64,000 nt of DNA, from positions 3,348,001-3,412,000 of the forward strand of contig NC_045138.2 of assembly GCF_008831285.2 (NCBI RefSeq), given 5' to 3'. Below, piece by piece: positions 40,231-54,132 of this stretch. Numbering within the stretch: position 1 is the first letter of the stretch; every line of letters begins with the position of its first letter. The DNA is from Nymphaea colorata. Lineage: Eukaryota. The notes under the pieces are model-generated. The model did no database searches. It saw nothing but the letters and a program-made list of their open reading frames with translations, and was not told the origin of the DNA. The translations under genes were made by a program, and so were the position numbers.

Positions 40231-43200
40231 CATATATATGTATGTATGTATGTATGTATAAAACATACATGTACTGACCAAAGTTTTGAATATGCATCAT
40301 TATTTGGTTTAAATTTTTTGAAAATCCGGGGTAGGCATGGAGCACCGTAACTGCCCCCAGCCCCGAATTGGATCCATCCCTCTTGTGTCATAATTCTTCC
40401 ACTCAAGTGTTGGACACAAAAACTTGTTTTTCTATGAAGTTCGTATTAGGGAGAAACAAGCTGGATCTTTTTCTAGGTTTTATTGCTTTTCCTTATGAAC
40501 GGGTTGCATGAACATCCTGATTTTTACTGTCAAAGTTCATGTTTTTTAGTCGGAAAGTTTATCAGCAGACATTGCTTATATTTCCTCACAGGACATTTAC
40601 ATGTTTCTGTGTACAGCATTGCGGTCTATCATTTGCACTTCATTCAAGTTTTCTTGCGCGGATTGATAAGTTTTGTTGCTTAAGTTATTAAGATGAAATT
40701 TTGATTATCTGCAATGATTTATCAATGAGTTTTTCTATGATCAGGATATGTGGCTTTATCTTTCTGAGCATGAGAAGTTTAATGATTTTGGCAATGAGAG
40801 TGCCTTAGTCTGGCACGAGACAAACATTCCATATGCAGTTTGGGGGCCACAGAGCAGTAGATCGTACTCATTGAAATATTCTCCATCAGAGGTAATGTTA
40901 ATTACGTGAAACATGTATTGCTGATTGTCCGTCCAGTGATTGTCAACATTTATTCTAGAACCATGTGCAATTGCTTAGAATTTTATTTCAACCATGTACT
41001 TTTGTCAAGCGATTTTATAGTTAATACTTATATGTGTAATTATTTCAGGCTCTCAAACATAACGGGAGCTTATATGCTCATGTGTTCTTTGCTCGGTCGG
41101 GCTACCCTGCTGATCCTAATGATCCAGAGTACCAACCTCTATATGCATTTGGCAGGACACATCGTAAGACCTTTTATCTTGTATATTTTAGTTTTTTCTC
41201 TCTTGCTATTCTCTGGTAATAATTTTCTTGACTTAGCTTTGGGAGTTAAATACTTAAATGTTATATACAATATATTGATTTGTTGCAGCTGTTGTCATGT
41301 ACCTGCCCAAGTCAAAGGCAGATAAGAAAAGGAGCCTGCTAAGTGATTCCAAGAACAACGAAAAGGATGAGTTCACCGCTCAGGTTTGCTGTATCATTTT
41401 CATATTTTATGTTGTTTCTAGGAGTAAATTTGTGTCATCTTTAGCACTGTAGATTCACAAGCTTACGGATAGGAATCTTTTCATTTATTTATTTTTGGCG
41501 CTTAACTCTTGTTATGTCAGTGACTCAGTGGGAGATGCATTGTTATAAGTATTTTTGTTTTCCTTGATTTCTCCTATCCTTTCTTCTAAATACAATTCAT
41601 ACATGCATACACATAGTATATGTCCTTCTGAACATGTATTTTTTATTTTTATTTTCATTTTTGACTAAAGGCTCACATTGGGGCATAGTTCAAGACTTCA
41701 AGTAAATGTGGACCTGATAGCTATCAGGCCAGGTCAAGATCTGGTTTCTTGGTTGCTGTATTTTTATGTATAACCAAAGTCATATGTAGGTTAGACAGGT
41801 AATCTGATACTTGTTCTGCGTGTCTTTGCTAGTCCGAACAAGAATATGAAACAGAAGTTGGTGGGCCTTCGTCTAATGTCTTTGCCAAAAAGGGTCAACA
41901 CATTGAAGCAAACATGAGATCTGGATGCTGCTTTTGTGACTGTAAGACAAAAGTCACAGTTGGATAAGTTGCAGGCATAGTTAACCATGGCAACTGTTTT
42001 TTACCATATTTGAGTGTGCAGGCCTTGGATATAAATCCAGTCAGAACTGTCTGGTGAACATAGATTATCTGTTTCAGAAAACTGTTTACCAAATTTAGTT
42101 TTGTTCCTCTATTATTAAAAATTTAAAGCAGAAAAAAGGGAAAGAAACAGGTTTGGGCATGTTGAAGACTGCGCTTTGCTCCCAGTCTGTCCTTCAATCC
42201 TCCAATCTTTTTTTTTTTCTTTTGTATGAGTCTTCCTCCCCCTCTCTCTCTCTCTCTCTCTTTCTATGTGGTGTGTGTGTGTGGAAGAAAAGCAAAGGTT
42301 TAGGCTTGTTGGAGATTGCCCCTTTCCTCCAACATCTCTTTGTGTCCTCCAAAATTCTTTTCCTTTGGTGTGTGCATGTGTGTGTATCTCTCTATGCATA
42401 TATATGTACACACATAATATATATCCATGTATGTATGTATGTCTTGTCATTACGTATGTGTTTATATATGTAACACATGTATGTATCATTTATGTGTGTC
42501 TCTCTCCACAGTCCACATACATACACATATATATGTGGCATCACTAGATCATGTCAACTATATAATGGTGTCAATTGTGTCAACCAACATTCAATTATTT
42601 GATGGGACACGTATGGCTGAGATGTCCTTATCAAAAAAGGAATCCTCCTTCTCAGAGTATTTTGGTCCTTTCATAAAGGTGTGTAACCTGGTGGCACCCT
42701 TTTTCACTGAGGGCATCCTTATTCCTACTGTCCTAACCACACATCTCCTTATCCAATGGCTTAGGAGCCATGCCCAAGTTGTTGGGAAATGCATATTTGT
42801 GTTCATGTGAGGCAGATTTTAGTATGTGCATGATTGGATTTGAATTCCTGTGATGCAACAAGGTGATTAGACATAATTGTATTAAATGGCTGTATAATGA
42901 CCCAGCCAAACTAAAGTTAACATTGACGAATGTGTTCTTTTTAAAATGTTGACAATGAAGCGTAATGGTGGATAAGAAGGTGTAATGTTTGCTTCCACAA
43001 AAAAAATGAGGCCCATTTTTCAATGACTAAGGAATACTATCTCATGAATAATTGACAAGTACATGGCTTTTATAATCAGTATAAGGCTGTGTAAGTGGCA
43101 TAAGTGTTTGAGTTGTTTAATATATATAGGCTAAACAAAAGAAACTACTACCTTCTTGAAATTTTTGATCAGTTGGAACTGTGTCTTAACAGGCAGTTGT

Positions 43201-46200
43201 TGTCAATGGTCGAATGAGATCACCTTGGTGCTTGATAACATATTGTTTATTAAGGAGGTTGGAAGTTGGAACCAATGAGTGGCTAGAAATCTAGGAGTGT
43301 AAAGACTTAATTGTTGAACTTTTGCTTAAGCTTATACTTTTTTCAGTTCAGAGCTACACAGAAGGTAGACATTGTCTAATATCATCATGCATATTTTCTT
43401 ATGGTTGCATTAATACAATTTAGAAAATAACTGATCTTACAAGGTGCGTTTATTGTGTACAGGTGAGTGAAAAAAATGCTGTTACTGATGAAGATAGTGG
43501 CCCCCCAGAATGGGTCCCTTATTGGAAGCCAAATATCACAATAAATCTAGTTGATGATTTCAATAGGTGAGGTTGCTTGGGATGATCTCTACTTATAACC
43601 ATGCAAACCTGTTAATCAATTTAATCTGCATAGATGCTATCCTTTTAGATGATATTGATAGCCTAGTTAAAATACATTTCCCTGGACGGTATAACTGGCC
43701 TGTAGGATCAGAGCCATGCTAACACTTGACATTAGAAAACTGCAGAACTTGGTGGTATGCCTCCTAGCCTACTCTGCCAGTTTGTTAGTTTACTATTATT
43801 TTCACCTTCTTTGTGTCTTGGCCTCTTATGACTTTCACAAACGGGGTTTACTCCTATGTTGTCAAATCATGTGATTAACAAGCTATTGACTTGATCTCCT
43901 AGACTTGCTTAGTCCCTTTAGTCCAGTACGACTCTTGCAGGTTGCCATATCAAAGCCATAGAACAATTTATGATGAATAGATGCCTGGCAGCTCCTTTGC
44001 GCATGTTTTCTTATCAGTTGGTTTTACGATGTAGTTTGTTTCTGACTAGATTAAATTACCTTCATAATGTGGATGGTGGATATGAGGCTACATAGTAGCT
44101 ATCTTCTAACAGCGCCAAGTTGTATGGGTCATGTTCATGGCTGCTCTTCTCCATGCATTTAACTTCTCTTCAGTTGGTCTTATGATCTTGGTAGCATTAG
44201 ATTAAGTTATGTACTCCTATTCTACTAATATTGGATGATCTTTTGAATTTTCTTGAATAATCACATGCCAATTCACCTACCGTTAGTTGGTTGCTGAATG
44301 TAGCTTTAGCCTCTGCTTAGATTTTACCATGCAATTTTGGATGTACGATGAAAAAACCGTGGAATAGTTTAGGTTTTACAGTTGATCACTGATTTCAGGC
44401 TCCTTGAAATTTTAACATGGAAATGCACGGATGTTTCTACAGGCTTTTGGCTGCTGTTGCCTATATTTCTTTCAACAAATGCAGTATCTCTAATTAGTCA
44501 TGTTAACCAGGTCAAAATTAAATGTTTGATGTGAATTAAGGGAGGTAGTAATGCTGCTGTATGCCAGCTATTAGGATAGGTGAACTTTAGGTCCTGGCAT
44601 TTTTCTTGTCATGCTTTCATCTGTTTCTCCATGAGCGAAAATTAGATAAGCTTCTTATTTTTTTTTCTTTGTAATTTTTTGCAGATATCCTCACAATGCA
44701 ATTCCTCCAAACATTGCTGGCTGTATCCTTGTGACTATCATATGTTTGTTTGGTTCTTTCTCTTTCTATACATGCATATATGATATACCTTTTTGTAGGT
44801 TTACAATCTTGTCTGTGTTCCTAATATTGTGTATGTGAATTCTTTGTTATAGTAGTTATATTTCATTTTCTGGTAGTGATAGTGTAGCGACTTCCTAGGT
44901 AAAAGAAGACATCATACTTGATATTTTGGACCGGTTTAAGAAACCTCTCTCTTTCTCGGTTTTGCATGTATGACATGATGAAAAATACTTGTCTGGTTCT
45001 TAACCATGATAATGCAGATATAAATATTGAGCCTTCCACAATGAGCTACTATCCCACATTGTACTTCAATGAGTTTTGGCTACTCAGAGACAAACTGATT
45101 CCAATTAATGAAACAGTCTCAGAATTGCCACTAAATTTAGAGCTGGGCCCTATCAGCTTAACCAAATGGCAACTTTTTCTACAGATTGAACAGTCATTTC
45201 AAATTCATCGTAGTTACGGGAGCATGATTGAAGGCGAAGCTGATGAACTTAAGGTCCTTGCTGTTTATTAATTCATTTTTAATAACATGAAGTCAAAATT
45301 TGATCCTTTTATAATTGAAAATTTAGTCATTTGTCATATGAGATTTTAGGCATGTTCTTTTTCTTTTTCATTCAACACTACAACCTTCTGCTTTTTTTGG
45401 GGAATGGTCGGATGTGATGAAGTTGTCATTTTGGTTTCTTAGTAGTATCCATACCACAAGAGTATCAATGAATTTTGTTTCCTTTGTTTGAAGCTTGGTG
45501 TACTGTTTACCACTTCCTTGCATTGCTTTTGTCTTTAATTTTGTTTATCACATCTATTGTATGTACGACTAGCATGATGTGTATGGGGGATTTATGTTGC
45601 AAAAAGCATTTGATACTTGATACGGAGCTGGGGTTATCTGGCAGTTGGATGTTCCAACAGATGACATGATATGGTATATGGTTTACTGACTTCTGTATGC
45701 TTCAACTTTTTCTTAACTGTGTTATGAAATATTCTTTGCACACAGTCATGACTTGTATCTTCAAGGATTAGCTATATAATATTATCCCTTGTCAACAAAG
45801 TTCCCGACCCTTATTTGGAGTTGAGATGTTCTCGTATTATTTCTCTTTTTATAATTTCCTCTCATTATGAACAGTTTCTTAAACAGAAACAGACTTGTTC
45901 ATCAAAGACTTGATTATCTTATTATATGCTGAATATGTATAGATGTTTTCAGGAAATGGATTTTGACATATTCATTATACATAATTGTATTTCATTTATC
46001 TGCTCTTTCCCGTTTACTTTATCCAGGTTATTTATTTGTATAATTTCTGATCACAATTTTTAAACGTTCTTTTCCTTCTTGCTTTGTACTTTGTATTAGT
46101 AAATTGGCTAGATAAATTCACTTGGATAATTTGCGTTGTCCTTATCACTTTTTTTGAGCAAATCCCTTTGTGTTCAGTTCACATAAATATATTCCTTTTC

Positions 46201-46754
46201 TCTGTGCAGAGGGTTTTCTTGGAAGGAAATCCATATCTTCTGGTTATTACAATGATTGTGTCTGTACTCCATTCCGTGTTTGACTTCTTGGCTTTTAAAA
46301 ATGGTATGATCTACAGGCTTTCGTGGTGGTTGAGTTGCTGTTCCATATTTTGTATTATTTATGGTATGTATTGTTTTCTTATGCAGATATACAGTTCTGG
46401 AATAAGAATAAGTCCATGGAAGGCTTGTCTGCAAAGTCAGTAGTATTGAACTTTGCGTGCCAGTTGATTGTCTTCCTCTACCTTCTTGACAATGAAACAT
46501 CATGGATGATTCTTGCTAGTTCAGGCGTAGGTGTCTGTATCGAGTTCTGGAAAATTGGAAAGGCTATGCATATTGAGGTGATATTTTGTTGTTTTTGCTG
46601 TATAACATTATAGTTCGACCCTTAGCTATGGTTGAGTAATAGGAACCATAGTAGCCTTTCATTTAATCCTATTATTAACTTCACTACAAGCTATGCCTTG
46701 TCAGACACACGGACAGACACAAATGCACATATACAAATATGTCTCTGTCATGCC

Positions 46755-46793
<39 letters not shown>

Positions 46794-48013
46794 GTTTTCT
46801 TTTGGTCTTTTAATTAAATACAGAAGGGCAAAGCAATGCTTTACCAATGTTGACTGGATGACAACATGCTTTGTCAATGTTGACAAGATTGAATTTGGCA
46901 GAAAAATAACTTAGGCACACCCTAATATGCTCAAACATGGTCAGGTGTGGTTGACCACACCTGACTGCTGAATATGTGTGTGTGAGAGAGACTTAGTTGT
47001 TAAGGTGTGGACTATTCCATGCCTTAGGCGACCGGTGTTAGGCTGGTGCCCAGGTGCACCTAGGCTGGTGCCCAGGTGCACCTAGGCTGGACTGGACGCT
47101 AGCACGCCTAGTCCATGGGAAGGTGAAAGGTCACCTTCCCTTCAAATTAAGTCTTGTAATTTTAGTATACACTGTTGTACCATATATACTTATATTCTAT
47201 ACAATTATATTATATAATTTTTGTTCTTTAAGTACAGTTTGCTGTATGTTAATTACATATTCTATATCAACTCATCAAGTGGAAGTTCCAGCCATACGTT
47301 AAGTACATATTCCATAAAACCAATGAATTTCTGTATATATCTCATGCGCTCTGAAACATATTCTGTGGAATCTATTGCCAGCCTTCTTACCCATGTTAAA
47401 AGTTAAAACCTAGGTCTATGGTAAAAAGACTACCAGTTTCTCTTGTTTAGTGCATGTCTAGTTATCAGAGAAATACGTGCAGACCTCACTTTTGCAACCT
47501 GAATACAGATTTATCTTCTCATTTGTGAGGGTGTTTTGTGTGTTATATGTATGTTGTATGCTGTATGTACAATCTGTTGTAAACTTGTAATCTGTATTAT
47601 ATGTACTGATTTGATATGATCTTTGTTTGAAATGATTGATAAGAAATACAAGCATCGTGTCCAGTATGTAAACAAGAATGACGTGTTTTCTTTTGTGTAT
47701 CAAACTAAGGCATCAGCTAGAACAGAAAAACACAGTTTTCCAGTATGTAAACAAGCTGGAAATGTACTGTTAATCTGTCATGTAAACAAGAACGGAACAC
47801 TTTTTGGCTTTACTTACAAAGTATAATCATTCAATGAGAACAGAACAGAACAGTTTTTCAAGTTTTACTTGGAATAGAAGCTTACAGTTCAGTCAGTAAG
47901 TACATAATTTTATTATGTAATGGATAACATAACTAAAAAAACAAAAAAAAAAGGTCGCCTTTTATGCCTAGGCGTGCCTACTCCTGCCTGCCTAGGTACC
48001 TGGACAACTAAGC

Positions 48014-48061
<48 letters not shown>

Positions 48062-50514
48062 GAAGGACCTTACTGATTTTCCAAAAATTATTCTAAAAAT
48101 GACCTGTGTACCCTCTCCATAAATTATCGGTTCTGCTTTTGCCTGGATTGTGTTCACTTGAGTTACATCTTCCACATAGGAGTCTTTGTAAGATGCAGTT
48201 CATCTGATTCAGTGACGTACATCTTATCATCAAATCCTAGACATGCTAAGAGTTGTGATGCATACTATTTGCAGATTGACAGGAGCAGACGCATACCTAT
48301 GTTGAGATTCCGAGACCGGGAGTCTTATACAAAGAACAAAACTAAGGAATATGATGACATGGCAATGAAGTATCTCTCTTATGTGCTCTTTTTCCTGGTA
48401 GCCTGTTCTTCAGTCTACTCACTCATGTATGAGCGCCATAAGAGTTGGTATTCATGGATCCTCTCTTCCCTTACGAGTTGTGTCTATATGTTTGGTAAGT
48501 CTCATATTTTCACATTTATTATTAAGACTCACTAACCAATATACACATGGCTTCTACTTTAGCATATGTTGGAATTTTTTAATTCTTAAACTTAGAAACA
48601 AGTTCACCTTGTGGAGAGATTCAGCTATTTTTATGTGTTGAATGGAAGGAAGATGGAGCAACTGTGCTGCTTGATTTGTTCCTCACTTTTTCACTCTAAG
48701 GACAAGAAGGATCTTTGGATTTATCTGTCAGAAGAGGCAACTGTTGATTTTTTCCAATAAAAGCATGTTAGCTTATGGTTGATGTCCTGCTGGTCTAGCT
48801 TTTCATAAGGCCGAATGCTTCTCATTTAGTAAGACAGATTCTTATCAAGAAATGTAGAAATTAGGAGATCCATCCATCAGCATACTGTAAGGACTTGAAC
48901 AATAGTACAGCAATGAGCAGGTTGATTAATTGGAGCGATACATGTGCTCAGTTTACCTTTTCTTGAGATTGAGGTTAGCAGTAACTGCAGAGCACACACT
49001 TGTCCAGTTTGGAAAGCAGGATGATCTTTGAGTATGGCTTCAGAAGGGAATTAGATCATGTAATGCCTTGCTTCAGACTGTATAAATGAAACCCAAGTTT
49101 TATTTCTGCATGCACCACATGGTTAACTTGCTCAACATCCATGCTTATTGATCACAACCCAGTTACGTGATGTGGATACTCTTTTACACTTATACCTAAT
49201 ATCCCATTTGAATTACTATTTTTGCGGCTGTATCATGTGAGAGTAGCCGACTAAAGCTCAGCTGAGTGGAAGGATTAACAGTACACCCGGTCATTTTGAA
49301 ACCTTTGATGTATAAAAGTTAATCTGGGATACTGGTCTGTGCACCTTTTATGGGTTGTAGGGGCAAGTTGCAGTTACGAGTAGACGCTCAAGCATATTCT
49401 CATAATTTTGGCGCTTTGTTTAGGAAAATTCCCATGAAAGCACGCTAAGGAGATTCTATGAAGTATGGAAGGTTTGTTGGCCTGGGATTTTCCATCCTAT
49501 GCCAATATTCTGAAACTTGAGCTTTATTTTATAGGTCTTTCGTTCTTTCTTCACCAACACTATTGTTGATGGTGCTGTAAAACCAATAGCCATTTCAAGG
49601 AATATTATAACCTTGTCGATGTTAGCTAGAATCATATCACCGCTACTATTAGCTGCCTTGAAACCTTTTTTTTTTAAAAAAAAAGGAAACTTGTGTGCTC
49701 ATATGTCTTTTCTTGCAGCTAACCATCTGTTTCTTTCATTGTTGCAGGGTTCATCATGATGTGTCCACAGCTGTTTATTAACTATAAATTGAAGTCTGTT
49801 GCTCATTTGCCTTGGAGGCAAATGACATACAAATTCCTCAATACCATAATTGATGATCTGTTTGCATTTGTCATCAAAATGCCAATGCTGCACCGCTTGT
49901 CTGTTTTCCGAGATGGTGAGTTGATAAAAGGAAAATAATTGTTTCTGCTTAGCCCGGTATTATGCCACTGATACCCTCTTGACACAGGCACTTCCATGGT
50001 GCCAAAGAACATCTACTGAATTTCTGAATTCATTACAAGGTGTTGTATCAGCTGCAAGCTGAAATGTTGCTGGGCATTAAGGCAGTTGGAAAATTATGCA
50101 GTTTTTTTTTTTCTAAATTTTATCAAGTAAAAATATTTGCTAAGTACGTTTTGAATAGGAAATGGAAAATAGCCTGATATGGACCGAAAGGTATCGGCCA
50201 ATATGCCATATCGGTCAATTTGGGCTCCGTACTGAAGCTGAAAATTTTTGGTTACCTCTTGTTCAAACATTTGCTTTGACCAGAGACTAGTTTGCATCAA
50301 AAGTTCCTTCTTTTCTGTCACTAACTACTTGAAATCTCTTGCAGATATTATATTTCTGATTTATCTATATCAGAGATGGATTTATCCAGTCGACCTTAGA
50401 CGTGTAAATGAGTTTGGTTTTGGAGGCGAGGACCCTAGTCTGCAGGATGCGGATAAGCCAGCTCTTGAACAAGCTGCAGAGGCTCTGGGTGAAGAGGACA
50501 AGAAAGAAAAATAA
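38210..50514 (+). CDS. CLPTM1: CLPTM1-family multi-pass ER membrane protein (cleft lip and palate transmembrane protein 1 homolog)
   Basis: Exons 38210-38419, 40745-40891, 41049-41163, 41289-41383, 43463-43566, 44685-44722, 45018-45253, 46210-46303, 46387-46577, 48275-48494, 49748-49915 and 50345-50514, phases consistent. Motifs YWKPNITINLVDD, YYPTLYFNEFW, FDFLAFKNDIQFW, GFIMMCPQLFINYKLKSVAHLPW, FIYLYQRWIYPVD-like...RVNEFG. Confidence 0.95.
39522..39893. repeat. Two-copy direct repeat of about 165-170 bp separated and flanked by (TA)n/(TATG)n
   Basis: 39522-39690 and 39732-39893 are nearly identical (ATTAAAAGATGTCTCTT...GTTATTCCACCTAT). Confidence 0.9.
39920..40150. mobile_element. MITE inserted in a microsatellite tract
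   Basis: TIR GAACAGTGACTCT / AGAGTCACTGTTC; flanked by (TA)n on the left and (TC)n(TA)n on the right. Confidence 0.75.
44723..45017 (+). other. U12-type (minor spliceosome) GT-AG intron in CLPTM1
   Basis: Donor GTATCCTT; branch site TTCTTAAC at 44997-45004, 13 nt before the end of the intron; no polypyrimidine tract; splicing keeps the frame (IAG-Y-INIEP). Confidence 0.88.
46992..48012. mobile_element. hAT-like non-autonomous element (CCTAGG-rich family) in CLPTM1 intron 9
   Basis: TIRs CTTAGTTGTTAAGG / CCTGGACAACTAAG; CCTAGG(C) subterminal repeats; sits in a (TG)n(AG)n tract. Same family as 59061-60668. Confidence 0.75.
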
Positions 50515-51670
50515 CCTGTCATCGATCATGCAGTAATTGGCTTCTGCAAGATTTCCTGTGGGCCTGTGGCTTGAGGTTCAGCCAGGATGTCTTCAGTACC
50601 GGTGGCTTGAGGTTCAGTCGGGATGTCTTTTCTACTTTTTAACTCCCTGGTTGGATGTGTTTCTAAGTAAGCCATCCCTGCCATATGGCACAAAATTTTT
50701 GTGGCTTCTGTTCCCTGGAGTCGTGGTTCTTTTGCTTTATCCATAGTTTGATACTCCCAACAGCCGTAGCTTGTGATTTTTCATTTCTTGTTTTCCTATA
50801 CTTCAATGATAGCTCTAGGGGAAATCCTGATAGTTCCTCCTCCTGCATGTTCTCTGTGTAATTTACTAATGCATTTGAGAACCGTGTTTTTGTTGCAAAA
50901 TATAAAGCATCTGAAAGTAATTTGAAGTAATTTGACATTTTTATGATCGATGTCAATTGTCAAGGAAATAACCTGGACGGTCGTTCTCAATTATTGGCGA
51001 GTTTTTATCAGCATTTAGCCATATCTCCGCGGATGCTTCTGGCTTTCCCTTCGTTTTTGAAAAAAATATTACAATAGCAAGCCATGGTCCGCTAAGTGGG
51101 GTCGCAAGTTGCCCGCATCTGGTTTGAGTGTTTTGCCAATTTCGTTGTGCCGGATCCTATTCGGTTGCCCCCTCATGCTTTTCGCTGCTTCGGATCTAAT
51201 TCGTTTGCAGCCCTACCACGTGGTGATATTCTTGAGCAGAAGTTCATATTTGTGAGCTTATTGGACAGACCTAAACTTCTGCACGTGGTAGCTTACATGT
51301 TGCATAACGATATATATTCTTTTGTTTAATATAAAAAGAAGAAATTCTTGCTGGAGGGTGGCCCATTCCCCAAGCAGCCTTTGTACGGAAATTCTTGCTG
51401 GAGCAACGTCTAGTCGGAAACATCATTGAAAGTTCTTTTTCGGGGTTCAGGCCTTCAAACCTCGATCAAGCTACTGCTGAGTTGGTATTAGCATAGTCGG
51501 GTATAAGGCTTGATCGTACTGATTACGTCGCGGAACACCCTTGCACACTTTCTCACTCAGCCTACAGTTCTCTTGCTTAAGATTTTTAACGCATCTTCTA
51601 TCTCTGGTCGCTACAAAATTTGCTAGGCCACTGAAATCAGACGCTTGATTGCCTGCATAATTTTACTGTC

Positions 51671-51805
51671 ACATCAATTCGACTTGGAAAGTATGTTTCT
51701 TCTCCCGTGAACTGTACATCTATTCGACTTGGAAAGTATGTTTCTTCTCCCGTGAACTGTACATCTATTCGACTTGGTAAGTATGTTCCTTCTCCCATTA
51801 ACTGT
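51671..51805. repeat. 45-bp tandem repeat, 3 copies
   Basis: ACATC(A/T)ATTCGACTTGG(A/T)AAGTATGTT(T/C)CTTCTCCC...AACTGT at 51671, 51716 and 51761. Confidence 0.95.
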
Positions 51806-52726
51806 TCGACTGAATAAAGGGGATATGCTTGCACCAGCAATTTACGTTTTGACAGTGACGTTGCCAACCGGCAAAAACCATCTTATGTAACTCCATCCCC
51901 ATCCAGGCAGCAGCAGTGCCACTAGGCAACCGGGGAATTCAGCCTCACGAAGGATTGCATGATCCACATAGAAAGTTCTTCAAGTGGTTCTCAGGACCCA
52001 CAGGCCATGAGGCATAGATTGCCGCATGTGGACCAAAGTCATCCTTCCCTACAAAATTCATCACCATGCGCACCTTCAAGCCATCAGCAACATTTTTCTG
52101 TTCAACTGATAACTACTATCCTGACATGTAATGCCCACCACATTAAAACCAAATAAATGGGGTGAAACAATTGAGTTGTGTCGGTCACAGAAAACAGTCG
52201 GAAGAGTCCACCCAAACAGCCGAAGGGCCGCATCCAACAAGAAGCTCGAGCTTTAAGCAACCGGGTCACACTTAGAACAAAATAAAGGATAAACCAATCT
52301 CAGTGCCCAAGCGTGGAAAGCAGCGGCAATCTCACCGATAATGGTGGGGAAAATTAGCCCCAGTTCAACACGAACCGAAAAAACCATAGCACCGAACCTT
52401 ACTTTGGAAAAGCCCCCCCTAAATTTCTTTCTGCCTGCATGACAAATCCCCATCCCCAGTAAGTACAGAATCAGTAACGAGTCTCAACTAATCTAAAGCC
52501 GTTAGCCTTGAACTGCCTACAATATGCTCCGCAATGATAAGCATGACAATACACAGAAGCCAAATAAAACTGAACATTGTCATCAAAGGTGCCATATCAA
52601 GTGCATATTAGTCTGCTCCAAGATAAAAATCTGTTCCACCAAGTTTTTGTCTACATATCGTCCAAGACGGGCCAGAGAATAGAAGACATGACTTTGGTAA
52701 ATTGTAAGGGAAAATTTATACTAAAG

Positions 52727-54132
52727 TCAGGCATCCTCAGAAGAAGATGCACGTGCTCTTGCCATATATTTGTCCAGCAACTGGGTCATGGCAGCCTTGA
52801 ACTCCTTCTCCAACTCAACTTCTTGTTCAAGTTGCTTGCGCTTGAATTGTGTCCTAATTTCATCATGCTCCTTGATCAATTTCTGCCTTTCGAGCTCATA
52901 CTCCTCCATCTCCTTTGATTGAGCAAAAAGAATGCCTTCCACCTTGGCAATTTTTTCTTCACTGCTAAACAAATGAACAATGCATAAACAAACAAGGTAG
53001 AGTTTATGTCCCAATTCAAGATAAAGCTTGAACCTGATATCCAACCTAAGTCAAACTCATTTATGTCCCTATGTACAATCTGTAGTAGCATAAAAAAAAT
53101 CGCAACAAGTGTCCTCGATGTTCACCTGGCCTGGTCTTCCTGCTTACTATTTCCAGAATCCATGATAGAGTTTGCTTGTTTGTGCTCCAACTGGTTGTGG
53201 TAGTCTTCCAAAGTTGAACTCCTAAGCTGGTCTTGCAGTCTCTCAAGTTCTTTTTCTTTAGCAGAAACCATTGAATGGAGGTCGTCTATTTGTTTTCTGT
53301 AGAATTCCTCTTGTGCATCCATCTAGATTATCAAGCAAAGTTTGGCAAACACATTGAAACGCTAAGCAAGTATTTCTGTTTTCCTATGCACAAAAAGCTT
53401 ACCACAGCAGTGACATATTAAAACATGAAGTAAAACAAACTATTGTACCTCTTTTCTGCTTTCTTCATGCTGCTTCTTGGACATCTCCCTCACAATCTTA
53501 TTTTCCTGTTCTTTTGAACGTAGCTTTTTCCCAACAGAATTTACAGTCTCTCTCAGAGTTTCCGTCTCTTTTTGACCACGTGCAACTCTGTTCTTGTACC
53601 ATATGAGTTGCTGATTATCTTCTTCCATGCGCTTCATAGGAACGATAACCATTTCATGGTAGGATCTCATCTCAAATTTCAACCGCGTTTTCCCTGGAAC
53701 AAGCTTATTGCAAGGTCAAGAACAAGCAGAATGCCAATGCAAAAAATTTCCAATACAAAGAAGTGCATATAGAGATAAAGAAAAGAACAAAAAACAAACT
53801 TATCATGAAATCATAAAATAACGAAGGCAAAATGAACCTGAATGATGCTGATTAAAATACTCCATGTCTGATTTTGTGGATAAATAACCATACAAGACAC
53901 GCTTTCCACCAGGAACAAAGTTACTTCGACGGCATTCCCAAGCAGCTCTATCTCTACACTCATCGATGAAATGCTTATGCAGCCGTTCTGCCTCGACATA
54001 ACCCATGGCTGAACTGTCAAATATCAGGATGCTTGTCCCACGATGACCCCGAGGTCCATATGCATGCCTTGCTTTCTTCGCATCATATCCTTCAAAATAA
54101 TCAAGTAGCTCCTGGTTTCCCATGCCAATCCA
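52727..54132 (-). CDS. SGS3: SUPPRESSOR OF GENE SILENCING 3, 3' exons (second half of the XS domain plus coiled coil)
   Basis: Minus-strand exons 54132-53838, 53693-53449, 53322-53126 and 52961-52727 give WIGMGNQELLDYF...ARHAYGPRGHRG...GYVEAERLHKHF...GGKRVLYGY...FNQHHSGKTRLKFEMRSYHEMV...MDAQEEFY...LEKEFKAAMTQLLDKY, typical of SGS3. No upstream zf-XS/XS exon was recognised in the window. Confidence 0.93.

Noticed and set aside
42115..42810. Cluster of 70-130-aa ORFs in CLPTM1 intron 4
   Set aside because: Products of TG/TA/TC microsatellite-rich sequence with no coding signature.
51671..51805. CRISPR-like array
   Set aside because: Head-to-tail repeats with no unique spacers, in a eukaryotic context.
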